Shown here piece by piece: positions 10,401 to 33,429 of a stretch of 64,000 nt of DNA. The stretch comes from Tubiluchus corallicola (taxonomy: Eukaryota > Animalia > Priapulida), in contig JAQGDQ010000203.1 in NCBI GenBank assembly GCA_030141605.1, positions 124,001 through 188,000 on the forward strand, in the 5' to 3' direction. Under the pieces are notes generated by a model, which was not told the origin of the DNA, searched no databases, and saw nothing but the letters and a program-made list of their open reading frames with translations. Numbering within the stretch: the stretch's first letter is position 1; every line of letters begins with the position of its first letter. A program made the translations under genes and the position numbers.

Positions 10401-13400
10401 TTGGATATTTTTTGTTAGGCTCTGAATCTCATTTACTGTTGTAGAATGTGCAAACTCTTGTGTTTAGATTTGTGCTTGTTTGTTAATGTAAGGTACACAT
10501 GTGAAGATGTGTATCTGTTTGCATTTAGATTATGTCTGACAATAATATAAAAATATTGTACACATATTTAATGATAAACAATGATGAACAAAATAAGGCT
10601 TTAGGAAAGGTTCTCCAGTTGAATTACCATTAATAAATGTTTGCGAAATTTTAATTAAGTGTATGGAAAATAACTCGATTACTGTTGGTATATTTTGTGA
10701 TCTCTCTAAAGCCTTCGATACCATTGACCATGTTATATTACACGATAAGTTATCTTTCTATCTTGATAACCATAAGCAGTGCATCAGATGTAATAATTAT
10801 ACCTCAACTGAACTCTCCGTAAATTGTGGTGTTCCTCAGGGTTCTGTTTTAGGACCACTTTTATTTTTGATTTATATCAACGATATAAAAAACATTTTTA
10901 GTTGTCATAATATTATTCAGTTTACTGATGACACCACACTCTTTTTCAATTTCATTCATTTCAGCATTACTAACATAAATAATAGTTTAAAAGCCAACAA
11001 ATTATCTCTTAATCCCACTAAAACTAAGTACATTCTATTTCGATTCCTTTACATTGTAGTCTTTATATTGATGGCCTTCCTATAGAAGGTGTTCAATTTA
11101 CCAGATTTTTAGGTGTAGTTTTGCATCTGGACTGCTGGACTGGAACTCTCATATAAAAATGATTAGTCTAAAAATAGCCAAAAATATAGGTATTATGTCC
11201 CATATTAAATACAATTTGTCCAAATCACATATACTTACTGTTTATTATTCTTTATTCTATCCTTATTTAAATTATGTTAGTTCCCTTTGGGGAATCACAT
11301 ACGCGACAAATCTTAACCCTTTACATTGACTTCAAAGAAAATTTCTTCGTTTGTATTTCAGATGAAATGAATTCACCCCAGTATTTAACTCTTTAAACAA
11401 TGTAACATCTTGTCTATTGATAACATAGTGTTTAATAATATTGCAATTTTCATGTTAAAACTAATAGCAAATTATTACACAAGTTCTTCAAAAATCCTAT
11501 CAAACTGAATGCAAGATTTCATACTCCACGATTTAATCAATACTTTCTTCCATATGTCCGAAAGTTGCCAAGTATTCATTTCCTTTGCTGGGCCATTAAT
11601 TTGGAACTATCTACCTAATCATATAAAATCAGAACATAGTATTTGTAAATATAAAAAAGCCTCAAACTCTTTATTATGAACCATAATCCAAACATTTATC
11701 ATCTGTAATGTTTCATATCACACTCAAAGATGAACAAGAATGGATTATACTCCATAACAAGAAGAGGTGAAAGAAACTTTGTAGGCAGGTGGACATAATC
11801 TCACTCCTCTCACCATTTGCAGTTGTGTTTGCCTTGCTGATTTATTTACATTTATTACGTTTTTATTAGCTCATGTGAATCGAATTCTCTACTTTTTTAT
11901 TTTTTTCTTCTCTCACTTTCATATTACATTTTTCATATCCCTTCACTTTTCATACTCCTTTTCTTCCCATTAACCACCTTTTATTCTTGCATCTATGCTT
12001 TTCTTTCTATTTGCCATATTGGGGCTGACTTCTACAAGTTTTCTTTTTGGACAGCCCCAATAATCCATTAATCAACTTTATTATTTACATGCTTGTTTCT
12101 TTTAATTTGGTATTTTGTATTTTCACCATATTTATGTGTTATTTGGTCATGGCAAATGGAATAAAATAAACTAAACTATTTATGCATTTTTGTTTAATGG
12201 CCATTATAAAAAGTGCAGTGTAGAGGAGTTGAATATGATGGAAGGGAAATTGAAGGAATTAAATTTAAGCTTTATTATAAAGTTGTTATGCAGTTTTATT
12301 GTTGTATTCTCTAGGTTAAAATTACATTTTACCCAGATTCTTTCCGCTGTGGCACTCATACGAACATTAAAATGGCTGTGGAGGCGTCTGCTGGTCTTGC
12401 TAAGGTTCCGACCACCAGGTCTTCCAGAAGATGCATGGGCTGATGCAGTTGGGAGTCTGAGTGCTGCTGATGCTTTACCATTTGACTCATATGATAGGTA
12501 ATTACTAAATCAGATATTTAGAGACAGATATTACTAGAGATATTACTAGAGACAGAAACAGCCAAGCATTTTAGCTTAAAAATAGGATAGTGCTCTTCTC
12601 AGATTAGCCATGGTCATAATCGTAAAAGAAGTTAAAATGCCCATAAATCTCAAAAAATTCTTTATTTTTTCTTTGGAAGCTTTCGTCCTCTCGGACTTCA
12701 TCAGCTGCACAGAAAGATACAATAATAAAAAATTACAAATTTTACTTTTTCTTTTTCTTTATTTTTAATTCAGCCTCCTCATGCTTTTTGTACACTTTAT
12801 TTTACTGACATTGCACATCATTATTTTATATGTAGCTTCATCTGTAATTTTTTATTATTATATCTTTCTGTGCAGCTGATGAAGTCCAAGAGGACGAAAA
12901 CTTCTGAAGAAAAAATAAAGATTTTTTTGAGATTTCTAGCCAAGCATTTTATTAAGTTCATTATTTTGTTTCAAACTGTCAAAAATTTCCTTTTTTTCAA
13001 ATTGCTTTAGACTACAATTAATTAAAATATAACGGTGTTCCTGTGTTTTTCTCTATTATCTAATGTGATTAATCTGTTTGGCCCAAAACGCTGTAAATGT
13101 ATTTATGTCAGAATGGCAAGATTATCACTAGAACGCTGATGCTAACACACCACAAATATTTTAAGAATCAGCACATTTTATTTGATCTAAGGCTGTGGGT
13201 CCCTGGCGAGCTTCCTTAACGTGAAAATTTAACATTATCAGAACAGATAGACAAACAATCAATTAGGTGTAAACTCAATATTATTTAACGTAAGAAAAAC
13301 ACATTTGAGAAATAAGTAACAAAGATATATTAAGAATTATTGTTTAGCTACTGTCTTTAATTTTAACCGGGATTTTTAAATGTACCACAAAACAGCATAA

Positions 13401-16400
13401 ACTGTACTTATCGTGAGTCTCTGTGCACACGTTGGCTAGCTAGCTTAACCTCGTCACTGTCGCTGTCGAGGCAGTAGATGGCACTACTATGCTTGCCTGA
13501 GAGATAATAATTACATAGATAAACAAAATAAGTATTTCGCTTAATAATGCAAAATTAAACTCATTGGCACTACTCCGCTTAATTTAGCAAACCTAATTGT
13601 AGAAATTTAATTAGTACGATAAAATGAGAGCACTATTGTATAGGGCTGTCACATCTAACAATTTATGAAAAAAATGGAGTGTTTGCTTGGTCATTTCTGA
13701 CATGCCTTGTATTTTATATTATCAAATTGGCATTTCTTTAATACAGCAAGAAGTCGAGCTGGCCAATCATCATGTTTTTTGCTGTTGCGTTTGGTGGACC
13801 TTGGCTAATATGGAAATTGCTCAAATCAGTGTGTGATACAGATAACAAAGGTAAGCAACTTTGTTCAGAAACATACTTTTCTGAAGCTGAATAATGGCAA
13901 GCTGGTTAGTTACAGTTGTATGGCGTGTTTTATATCAATTACATTTTGGTACAAATTCAGTGAACTTTAGTTCCATCAATTAGGAAGTTGCACATATTAA
14001 TAAAATTGCTGTATGAATGACAGTCAAACACCTGAAAGCAATGATTATTTAGGATTTGTAATAAGTACCATAGTTCAACTTCTTTGTGATATAATGTGGC
14101 AAAACAATTAATTTGGCGACATCTCAAAGAGGAGTGAGTATACCATAATTAAGCAATAGTAGTAGATGTTGTAAATGTTCTAAGAAGCATGCAACTCTTG
14201 TTTCATATTTTGTTACGCACATTTTCTGCAGATTTAAAATTGAAACAACTTTTTTAATTTAAACATAATTTTATTGGTTAAGTTTTTTTTAAAGATAAAG
14301 GCTGGGAATCTGGTAAAGGTGATCATTTTGTTGCACGTGCAGAGTACAATTTCTTGTCTGCTCAAGAAGACGAAGTTGCATTTAGAGCTGGACAGTATTT
14401 GAATGTTGCACCAAAAGGTTTGTGCAAGTTTTCATTTTTGTGTGACAGTTCTGTGAATTTTATTTAGCTAGCTAAAGATGTGGTGTTTTACCAATTGCCT
14501 AATTTTTGTGAAAATGTGAGAACTATAATTTGTCTTCACCCTTTGTTTCATTTATATAGCAGTTAGATGGTCAAGTTGCATTTTAGATTTAATGAGTAAA
14601 GATTATTTAAACAAATCTCCTATTGATCTCTCCTTGATCTCCTATTTTGATCATATGAATGAAATTTACATTATCTGTAGTAAACTGATTTCCAGATACA
14701 TTGTATCAGAAAATGTTGTAAAAACAAACCTTGTTATACCGCCCATCATTATAATGCCAACTTTTGGCTTTTCCAGATTTCCATAATATATCATATAGGG
14801 AATACCGCCAACGTCGCTTTTGCCATCTGTCACCGTATCTGCTGTGCAGGAGTGTATTCTACATAATAAATCTACCCCGTTATAATGTCAGCCAAAATAA
14901 AGCATAGTGAATTGCTGCCGGAAAACAGCCGTTGCTTTGTGAAAACAGTGATCTCTGATAAAAAAACTGTTTCGGTGTTTAGATTAAAATTTAGCTAGGT
15001 TTCATAACAAGTTACTGTACAAAAGTGAATGTTGAGGTTTTGAACAAGGAACATGCATTTTAAGAATGCAAGAGTTCTAAAGTTCAGTGCTGAACTGATG
15101 TAAATTTAACACCCGTTAAAGCTGCTCAATTTATGTGTCACAGTTACTTTAGAGCCTTAATTGTCAAGTAATGTTATGTTGGACGCATGGACAGCTTGGT
15201 TGCATATTTCTCTTATCAGCAGTTGGCCAATTACCAGTCTATTTCACAAGATTGCTTCTGCATGTTGTGTTACGTAAGTTTTGCAAGGTGCCACTGTAGA
15301 ATTACACCTGTTTTGTTAATGTTTCAAAAACATGCAGTATAACACATGTATTGTTGTAGGTATAATAATACTATTTATCACATACAAAGTTAACAAGGAA
15401 ATAAAATCGAGGCTGCACAGTAGAATGTCTTTAATGTTTAATGAACATTGTCTTATTGTCAACCCTGCTATAACACCACATTTAGTAGTGCCCCAGACCT
15501 GGCATTATAATAATGTTTAATTGTATTTCAAATATCCATTTTTCCTGATGTTTATCCCAGACTTTTCTTTGCTCATAGAATTGCAGCCCAGGGTACGAGG
15601 ATGGCTTCTTGCCAGTGCAGATGGCCAAAAGACTGGTCTTATTCCAGCAAACTACGTTAAAGTTTTGGGAAAACGGAAAGGTCGAGCAAATACATCTTCT
15701 CCAACGCAGGTAATGATGGCCACAAGTGGCTCTATTAGTAGTTATAATTATCTTTTTTCAATAGTTTATAATTCCAGCTAGGGTAAGATTCTGAACTGGG
15801 GATTGTACATGATAAAACTATTTGAATTAACTAACTCTAAAATGTATTTTCAACAAACCGTTATTATTAAATAGATACTTTCTCTGTTGCTTTAGTGTGA
15901 AAATAATATGCAAAGATTGTGAGAAAGTAGATTACAACTAACTACTAAACAGTGGCAAATGTTGCACACGTTAAGTGTTTTGTCATTGCTGTTAATATTA
16001 TTATTATTAGGACTTCGTTCTTCTGTTTGTTTTTTTCCTTTATACACTGTTGTGCAATAAAGAGTATGTTCGTTTGCGTAAGCCCAACAACAACTTTTTT
16101 TCGAAAACGAATCATTTGATTTACAGGGGTGGTCATATAACCTTTGTGACATTGAACAGTCTTTTTGCTGACACTTGCCTTGCCAACATTCAGTAAATAC
16201 ATATATTTTCTTGAGATGTGCAGGTATATTCTTACGAAAAGTTCCTGCATTTTCCACAAGCTAGATAACAGCAAACTTAGCATCTGTATTTAAGCCTTAG
16301 CAACTGCAAAAAAGAAGTCCCAAGTTCCAGAGCTACTACTACATTTGCAAATGTGCATCATTTATTTTCTACTAATGGAGAAATAAAATTACTGTTTACT

Positions 16401-17007
16401 GTAAACATTGAGTGAGAAACGGACAGTGACCTCCCCATTTAATATCTGTTGACATGTCGATGCGGTGGCACTATTTATCGCTCTCCCAAATTTTGTTTTT
16501 GGGAGAAGTGGTGATAAAAATGCAAAGAAGTAGTGAAGGCATGAACATAGCCATAACTGAAAATAAAACAATATATTACATTCACTGATGTACAATCAGT
16601 ATAGTGATATTTGTGCTTTAATGCTTGTGTTATGTCGTCAGGTAGGCAAGGCGCATATGAGGAATCCATGACTAATGGTAATGCTGGGTTGGATCAAGTG
16701 CAGGTACAGGAGATACAAATAGGCCGACGATGTGTATACCATGCTCATGTTAAAAATTATGATTCTCCTTTAGGCACTACTCAATGGTATTTTCTTGCAG
16801 GCTCAGCCATCAGCTTTGCAGCTGCAGCAGCCGGTTGCAAGTATCCAAAGCCCCAGTCAAGTGAACCTAGATGAATATTTTGAGAACCCATCACCAGAAA
16901 GCGACAGACCAGGAACCATGCAAGCAAGCAACACGATCGCAGAGCTTACAGATACCCAAAGTAAAAACACTGAACTGAATGTGCTGGCAGCCGACATGCT
17001 TAAATGA
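4435..17007 (+). CDS. PEX13: Peroxisomal membrane protein PEX13 (peroxin-13), 9 coding exons, ~425 aa
   Basis: Exons 4435-4517, 7782-7976, 8276-8398, 9478-9606, 12315-12497, 13747-13850, 14295-14417, 15579-15709, 16801-17007, all GT-AG and phase-compatible (1278 nt). Motifs: N-terminal KPWE, PPPLPTRP, YG-rich region, AEENSRQAFQSIESIV...FRAVLGVADHFSRL, TM SWPIIMFFAVAFGGPWLIWKLL, SH3 VARAEYNF...QPRVRGWLLAS...GLIPANYVKVLG. Confidence 0.95.
4615..4980 (-). mobile_element. Older LINE 3' UTR remnant in PEX13 intron 1
   Basis: Minus strand is T-rich and has hairpin GGGGTGAG...GACCTACGGTC...CTCGCCCC followed by AATAAA near 4627-4632. Confidence 0.45.
4990..7260 (-). mobile_element. Young 5'-truncated CR1-like LINE with uninterrupted RT ORF, antisense in PEX13 intron 1
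   Basis: ORF 5129-7318 (~700 aa within the element): PIHKKGDKSDPSNYRPVSLL, QHGF, LDLKKAFDVVPH, SGVAQGSVLGP, FADDSK, EKDLG, RRLRGQLIDVYK, WNRLP; no endonuclease domain. (ACT)n tail at ~4988-5006. TSD TTTCATGTA at 4981-4989 and 7261-7269. Confidence 0.95.
9850..10037. repeat. Minisatellite, ~30-bp unit, ~6 degenerate copies
   Basis: Recurring AGTAACCAAATTTTCTAAAGTTTTTGCNCT. Confidence 0.8.
10600..12178 (+). mobile_element. Degraded CR1/L2-like LINE 3' half in PEX13 intron 4
   Basis: CDLSKAFDTIDH, GVPQGSVLGPLLFLIYIND, FTDDTT with deletions and stops; WNYLP end; 3' UTR hairpin TATTGGGGCTG...CAGCCCCAATA (12017-12062); AATAAA + (AAACT)n tail. Confidence 0.88.
12668..12715 (-). ncRNA. Minimal hammerhead ribozyme-like motif (antisense to PEX13)
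   Basis: Minus strand CTGATGA-A-GTCC-GAGA-GGAC-GAAA-GCTTC: GNRA loop on stem II and palindromic AAGCTT in place of stem III. Confidence 0.6.
12865..12912 (+). ncRNA. Minimal type I hammerhead ribozyme-like motif (sense to PEX13)
   Basis: CAG-CTGATGA-A-GTCC-AAGA-GGAC-GAAA-ACTT-CTG: conserved core boxes, 4-bp stem II, CAG/CTG plus TTTCT/AGAAA as stem I, essentially no stem III. Confidence 0.6.
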
Positions 17008-18126
17008 AGTGAAATACTTATAAACACAAAGTAATGATTACTAAATTAATGATGGTTACACACAAGAAATGAACAGTACAAAAAATACGCAGAATTAATT
17101 GTAGTTTACTATTGATCATTGTAGTATCTTCGAAGTGATTTCCTGCAACTTTCCATAATCATGCAAAAATAGAAAATGTTACAGAGCATTTTTAACAATT
17201 TTGGAAAACAAAAATTTGGGTTTGGATGTCTTTCCTCTCTAGTTTAAAGTTTTAGTAATCTGTGCGAGCTATTGGGTAATGCATGTGTCATTTTATGTAG
17301 AATGAATTTGTACAAAATGTAAATAATGATTGCAAAAATCTATTCACTGTGGCTCATTTGTTATAAATTTTATTAAAACACAATGTTTCTTAAGTTAATA
17401 ATAATAATGATTGTTTTTCGATGCTTTCAAAACTGGCTAAGAACTTGTAGCAATGGCTGGGTTATATAACATGTCCAAAGCATTGCAAAAACATACCAAA
17501 AGCACGATTTTGTATTTGTGCTTTGTTACTCATCAATACCTTAAATTTGTTTATCTTGATTTGTTTACTAACACGTTTACAGTGAAAATACAAAATAACA
17601 GTAAGTAGATATCAGCAGTTATGTATTTATCAAAGGCGGAAAAATCACTAGATTTACACACAATCTTATGAAAGGATACTAATTGTCATCTCATAAACAA
17701 AAACAAAATTCATTTTACTTTAATATTATTCAATGTTGTATTTAACTTTAATCACACTTAGGTAAGAGTGCTGCTGTGCACACAATAAACATTATGAAAC
17801 TATTACATATATTGTAATTGTATCACACATAATTTAACATCACATACATGCTATAACATTAATTAATTTGCATTTGCAACAATGAAAATGTTTTGCAGCA
17901 ACGAAACAAATGACACCATTTATACTTAAAATGACAATTTATGACTAACATTCTTGGGCAATTACTGCGTACCTTCAAGAAAGTGTATTAGATGACTATG
18001 TACAGAAAAAATCAATTTTGTTATCTATACTACAAGTAGTTAAGTAGTACCTTTACACAGTACCCTAGATTGTTTGCTAGCATCCACCTGAGCCTGATCA
18101 TAAAGCATAGCTAATCGAAATTAAAC

Positions 18127-18645
18127 GAGGGTTGGCCTTACGGGTGCGGAACCGTCCAGTTGCATAGCACTCACAGCTTTTGGGGGTTTGAAAAGAAGAC
18201 TGATCTTTGCAAATATTTTTTTGCTTATGCACCTGCAATTTGTTTATATAACTGTTCGTGTTTATTTTATGTTTCATGTTTTAGTACATTCCTATTACAG
18301 AGGCTGAAAATTGTAAATTATTGATTAAATTGCTCTTTTTTGCTATTTTTACAAACTTCATTTGTGTATTTACTTTTGCTGAATATTAAGATTAAATTTA
18401 AATGTTCTATTACTAATTAAAAATCCTAAGGCCTCTTTTGATATAATTTATAGTAAGAGGTATAAATAATCTATTAGAATAAGCTATTACAGGTGCTTTT
18501 GTACAGTAAAATTTTTATGCGTTTGTTAACGATTTACTAAAGTGGAATGACAACCACTGAAAACAATATAACTTTTGCCATAGGGTAGTCATGGCCCGCA
18601 CAAGCTGTTTTGTACGGGGCCCGAAATATCTTAAGGCCGGCACTG
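18127..18645. mobile_element. Decayed hAT-like MITE between convergent PEX13 and NMT
   Basis: Left GAGGGTTGGCCTTA versus right TAAGGCCGGCACTG (imperfect TIR of CAGGGCCGGCC type), GC-rich subtermini, AT-rich interior. Confidence 0.45.
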
Positions 18646-19506
18646 ACTAAGCACTGTTTATATTGACGACGTAGAAAACATATCCTGTCAAGAACTCCTA
18701 CAATCCAGGAAATAACTTGTAATAAATAAATAAACAGACATGATGTTTTAGCACATCACTGCGAACTATATTTACTTAGACAAAAAAGAATGAAGTAGTG
18801 CAATAATCACTATATATGAATCTTTTTGGCATTTAGAATTATAAAATAATCATTAGTGAAGCACAAGAAAACTCAAAAGAAAGAGCACAAAAAGCATGAA
18901 ATATTGCTAATAACAAGAAACATCATGGTAGCAGGAACATCAGCTAAGATGCAATGAATACTACAATTTAGTATCTTTTGTGCTTTGAACATGTTTTTCA
19001 GCTGTGGATAGAAATGTGGTGTACTTTCATTTCTTTGGTGCAGTTTTATAAATTTGCCATTTTCTGTTCCTATTTTCCCAAGTACAGAAAGGTAACATAC
19101 ATTTGCACATGATTAACTTTTTCTCGAGGGGTGTTTCTCTCACTTTATAATAAAGTCCTAATAAGGAAAAAACAACGTAGAAGTAGTAATAACTAAAAAA
19201 GTCTGTTCTTAGTATGTTCTTACTCTCTGAAAGTGATACAGCAAACAGATGCACAAGTGATGTACAAGTGTATAACTATTCTCATCTGCTACATAACAAA
19301 AAACATACTTCCTGCCATGAACCTTGTCAAGTGATGTAAGATCCTGTTAGGTATCAGGCATGTAAGTTTATATAACTTGTGCCAGCCCCGCCTGTAAAAC
19401 ATCTTTCTGCATAATTGCATACACCTGCTTGCATAATTATAGTCTCGGGTGTTGTCAGTTGACCAACTGCACAGTTTCCTCCAAGTTAAGTGTATATTGT
19501 CCGGTG

Positions 19507-30432
<10,926 letters not shown>

Positions 30433-30685
30433 TATTCCATACAACATTACTGCCATCTGGTGTAGGAAATTTGGAGATAGAATGAGTCACTAAATCTACT
30501 GTAGAATGCACACTGTACAGATGTGACTTACGTGATGTGTGACTGAACGTGCAGTAATTAAATTTTAGAGTTAACGGTTAACTTTATATCTTTGTAAAGG
30601 TGTAAGAAGTGGTACCAGAGCTAACGTCTTTTTTGCAGCCCTATGTTTACTTTTTATTTTAATGACATCACGCTGTAATTATCTG

Positions 30686-31474
30686 ATGGCTGCGAAGAAT
30701 CTGACATTTGGGTTCTCGGTATTTGGCAATATTATGGCATTAGGGGAATTAAATGAGGTAGGTCTGAATAAAATTTATGGTAAACATTTGGGTGAAAGAG
30801 CATGGAATGTGCATATAGAGAAAACTATAGCTGAATTATAGCGGGATTAAAAATGTAGAATGAAAAGTTAAGTAAATGTTCGACAGTAGAAAGATATAGA
30901 GATTGCAAAAGTTGTATATAATTTGAACCCTGGATGAACGATATATGGGGTGCAGAATTGCTTGTCAAAGCTAGGGTTGGTGCATTAGAAGTATTGGGAA
31001 ATCTTTTGTATGCTTGGAAAGTAGATTACCGCATAGAAAAAAGGCTTTGTAAATGTGGTAAAAATATTGAAACTGCAGAACACATAATATTAAGTTGCGA
31101 ATTTTACACACAGTTGAGAATCAAAGTCCCTTGGCAAGGAGCAGCTGACGAAAAATGCTTGAGATGGCTGTTATTTGGAGAGGGAAAAATTTATGCAGTC
31201 TGCCTACTGAAGGACATAATGGTCAAAAGAAGAAGCATTGCGAATGTTTAACTTTAAAGCTGAAAAGATAAAGAGGAATATATATTTAGCTCTGCGTAAT
31301 GGCGGTATAACATTTATAAATCCAAATTTTGTTTTGTGGTGCTGTAGCATTGGTGCAAGCATATGTGTGCGCCTTACGTTTTTGAGTAGAAAATTAGCCT
31401 AGTAGTACAACAATCGTTGCTACTCGCCCTGATATATAAAAGGGATTTAGGCACCGGATGGATGGATGGATGGA
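30686..31474 (+). mobile_element. 3' end of non-LTR retrotransposon with C-terminal CCHC knuckle and (GGAT)n tail (copy 1)
   Basis: ORF 30934-31251 has KARVGALEV and CKCGKNIETAEHIILSC; ends in GGATGGATGGATGGATGGA; clearly homologous to 33430-34220 on the opposite strand. Confidence 0.85.
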
Positions 31475-32199
31475 CTGAATTTGAATACAATAAATATTAC
31501 AGATACATATACTACAGCGCACATACGAAGTAGAGAAATACACAAATAACACCAAAGCTTATGATTTACGTCTACTGTACGTAATTACAATTCTGGTCCA
31601 CTGTTAGGTCAAACGCTTTTAAATTTCACTGTTGTTTCGTTGTTTCCGCAGTGACCATTCTGTCTGGTTAGATAGGCACAAATGAATGTCACCATGCGAG
31701 ACACAAGTAACGTGTCTTTACTTAATCAACTTTAACTCTTTTATTTTGGCTAAATTTCCAGTTTGTCACCTCTTCTCTTTCATTCTTCCATTTACTATAT
31801 ATTTGTGGATTTTTTTACTCAATCAAATGTTCAATATTTATTTCTGCGATCTCCACAGAGGAAGAAATCAGATTATATGGCAGCAAACTTTGATCATAAT
31901 TCTTTTATAACTCATTCATTATTATTCTATTCTTTATGAACTTTTATTCAAATAGCTGAAACAAATACTACTCAAGTCAATTTTTCATTGAGTAGTAAAT
32001 TGAATTGAATTGAATTGGTTGGTAATACATTTTTTTATTACTGTACATTTGAATAGCTGCTCTGCTCTGTCGTGTCTTCTTTACTACATAGCAGACACCA
32101 TAAATCTTCTTTAAACTTACTCTTATAATTACATTTTATTCATAGCATATTGAGCTTTATTTCTAATATAATTTTTGTGTTCTGGCCTCAATTTAGTGA

Positions 32200-33000
32200 C
32201 TTTATCATGCTCATAGGTTAAGAACCTTAACTTAGTTTTTGAGCGTATCTTGTGATGTGCACTGACTTTAATGAATTTTCTTATATTCCCTTTAGCATGC
32301 TTCTTCCTGACTTCTTAAGTGTCTTTGTAGACCCAAACTGAATAACTATATCATACTTCTTACTTAGACTTCTAACTTCTTTTATCTAACTTCCTTCTAT
32401 TTTTTGTCCCACATACTTTCCATCATCTTTGGACTCTCTTGAATTTATTAGATTATGTAAGAACATCAATCTTTTGTGATCGATTCTCTGTTCAATTAGC
32501 CACACGCTTGCTTCTATTGCCATACCCCAATAACTGACTGACACCTGTGATAATAGATTTGTAACATTTCCTTCTGAATTTTTTCTATCCTGCCCATTTC
32601 TATTTTCATTACTATATGTTGCTCGTTTATATATTGCTGTATCAGAGTATTGCACAATATGTGAAGGTAGATTATTCCACTGGATGAATGAACATGGTGC
32701 AAATGAATATTTGAAACAATCTTTTTTGAACTGGTAGCATTGAAGTTTACGCTGATGCAAATTATGGTTTTTCCTGGTAGCTTTGGTAAATAATATATTG
32801 CTATTAATATTTACATAGCAGTCAATGAACCATGCACAAATGTTGTAGTGCGATTTTAATTAAGCTCCATTTAAGCCATTCTGTTGAGTAGCCAGTTAAT
32901 TCAATAATATTTTCGACACATATAGGTTACAAGACTAGTGAGCAAATAGTCGTCATTGTTCTTAACTGCGTTATTTATTTTTGACTATAGTTTCCACAAT
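32200..33000 (-). mobile_element. Mosaic of degraded LINE fragments
   Basis: IEQRIDHKRLMFLHNLI (RTE-X-like) at ~32440-32500; CFKYSF...IQWNNLPSHIV (CR1-like C-terminus) at ~32650-32725. Confidence 0.55.
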
Positions 33001-33429
33001 CCATAACTATAATCTGTCAAAGGGGATTTGTCAATGTTGCTAATACTGATACCTCTACTTTTTAAAGGAGACGTAAATACTAAAAAATTTCAGAGATGCC
33101 ATCAGTGGAGGACATATCTAGCTAAACTATGCTGCTCCCAAAAAGCCAGTGAGGATCAATGAATTTTTCAGGATGATTCTGCCAATACTTATCTAAGCGA
33201 GCTTTGAATTTGGTTATACTGGTTGGCTCGTGGTTCCAGGAGCATATGGTTTCAGGAACATTTTTTTCTTTTGTTCCAACTTCTGCGGAGTCTCATTTTA
33301 TGCAGTTTCAATGAATGTCTTCAATGGTCTTTTTGTGTCATGTATTTTTATATGCATGTCTAAAAGTGGTCTGTCTATCCCAGTTAGTGTTCTGTATATT
33401 TGTATCATGTTGTCTATTTCTAATGGCCT

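Larger units (their letters stand above)
12574..12937. mobile_element. Penelope-like element fragment with inverted pseudo-LTR arms, in PEX13 intron 5
   Basis: ~93-bp inverted arms 12645-12737 / 12843-12935, each with a hammerhead-type core. 14-bp direct repeat AGCCAAGCATTTTA at 12560-12573 and 12938-12951. Confidence 0.7.

Noticed and set aside
14291-14294. AAG acceptors (here, 38349 and 62798) as a sign of unusual splicing
   Set aside because: Three of about 38 introns is too small a sample, and AAG is a known minor acceptor.
16611-16874. Possible extra PEX13 exon in intron 8
   Set aside because: Candidate acceptors give early stops in the required phase 0, and exon 8 joins cleanly to 16801.
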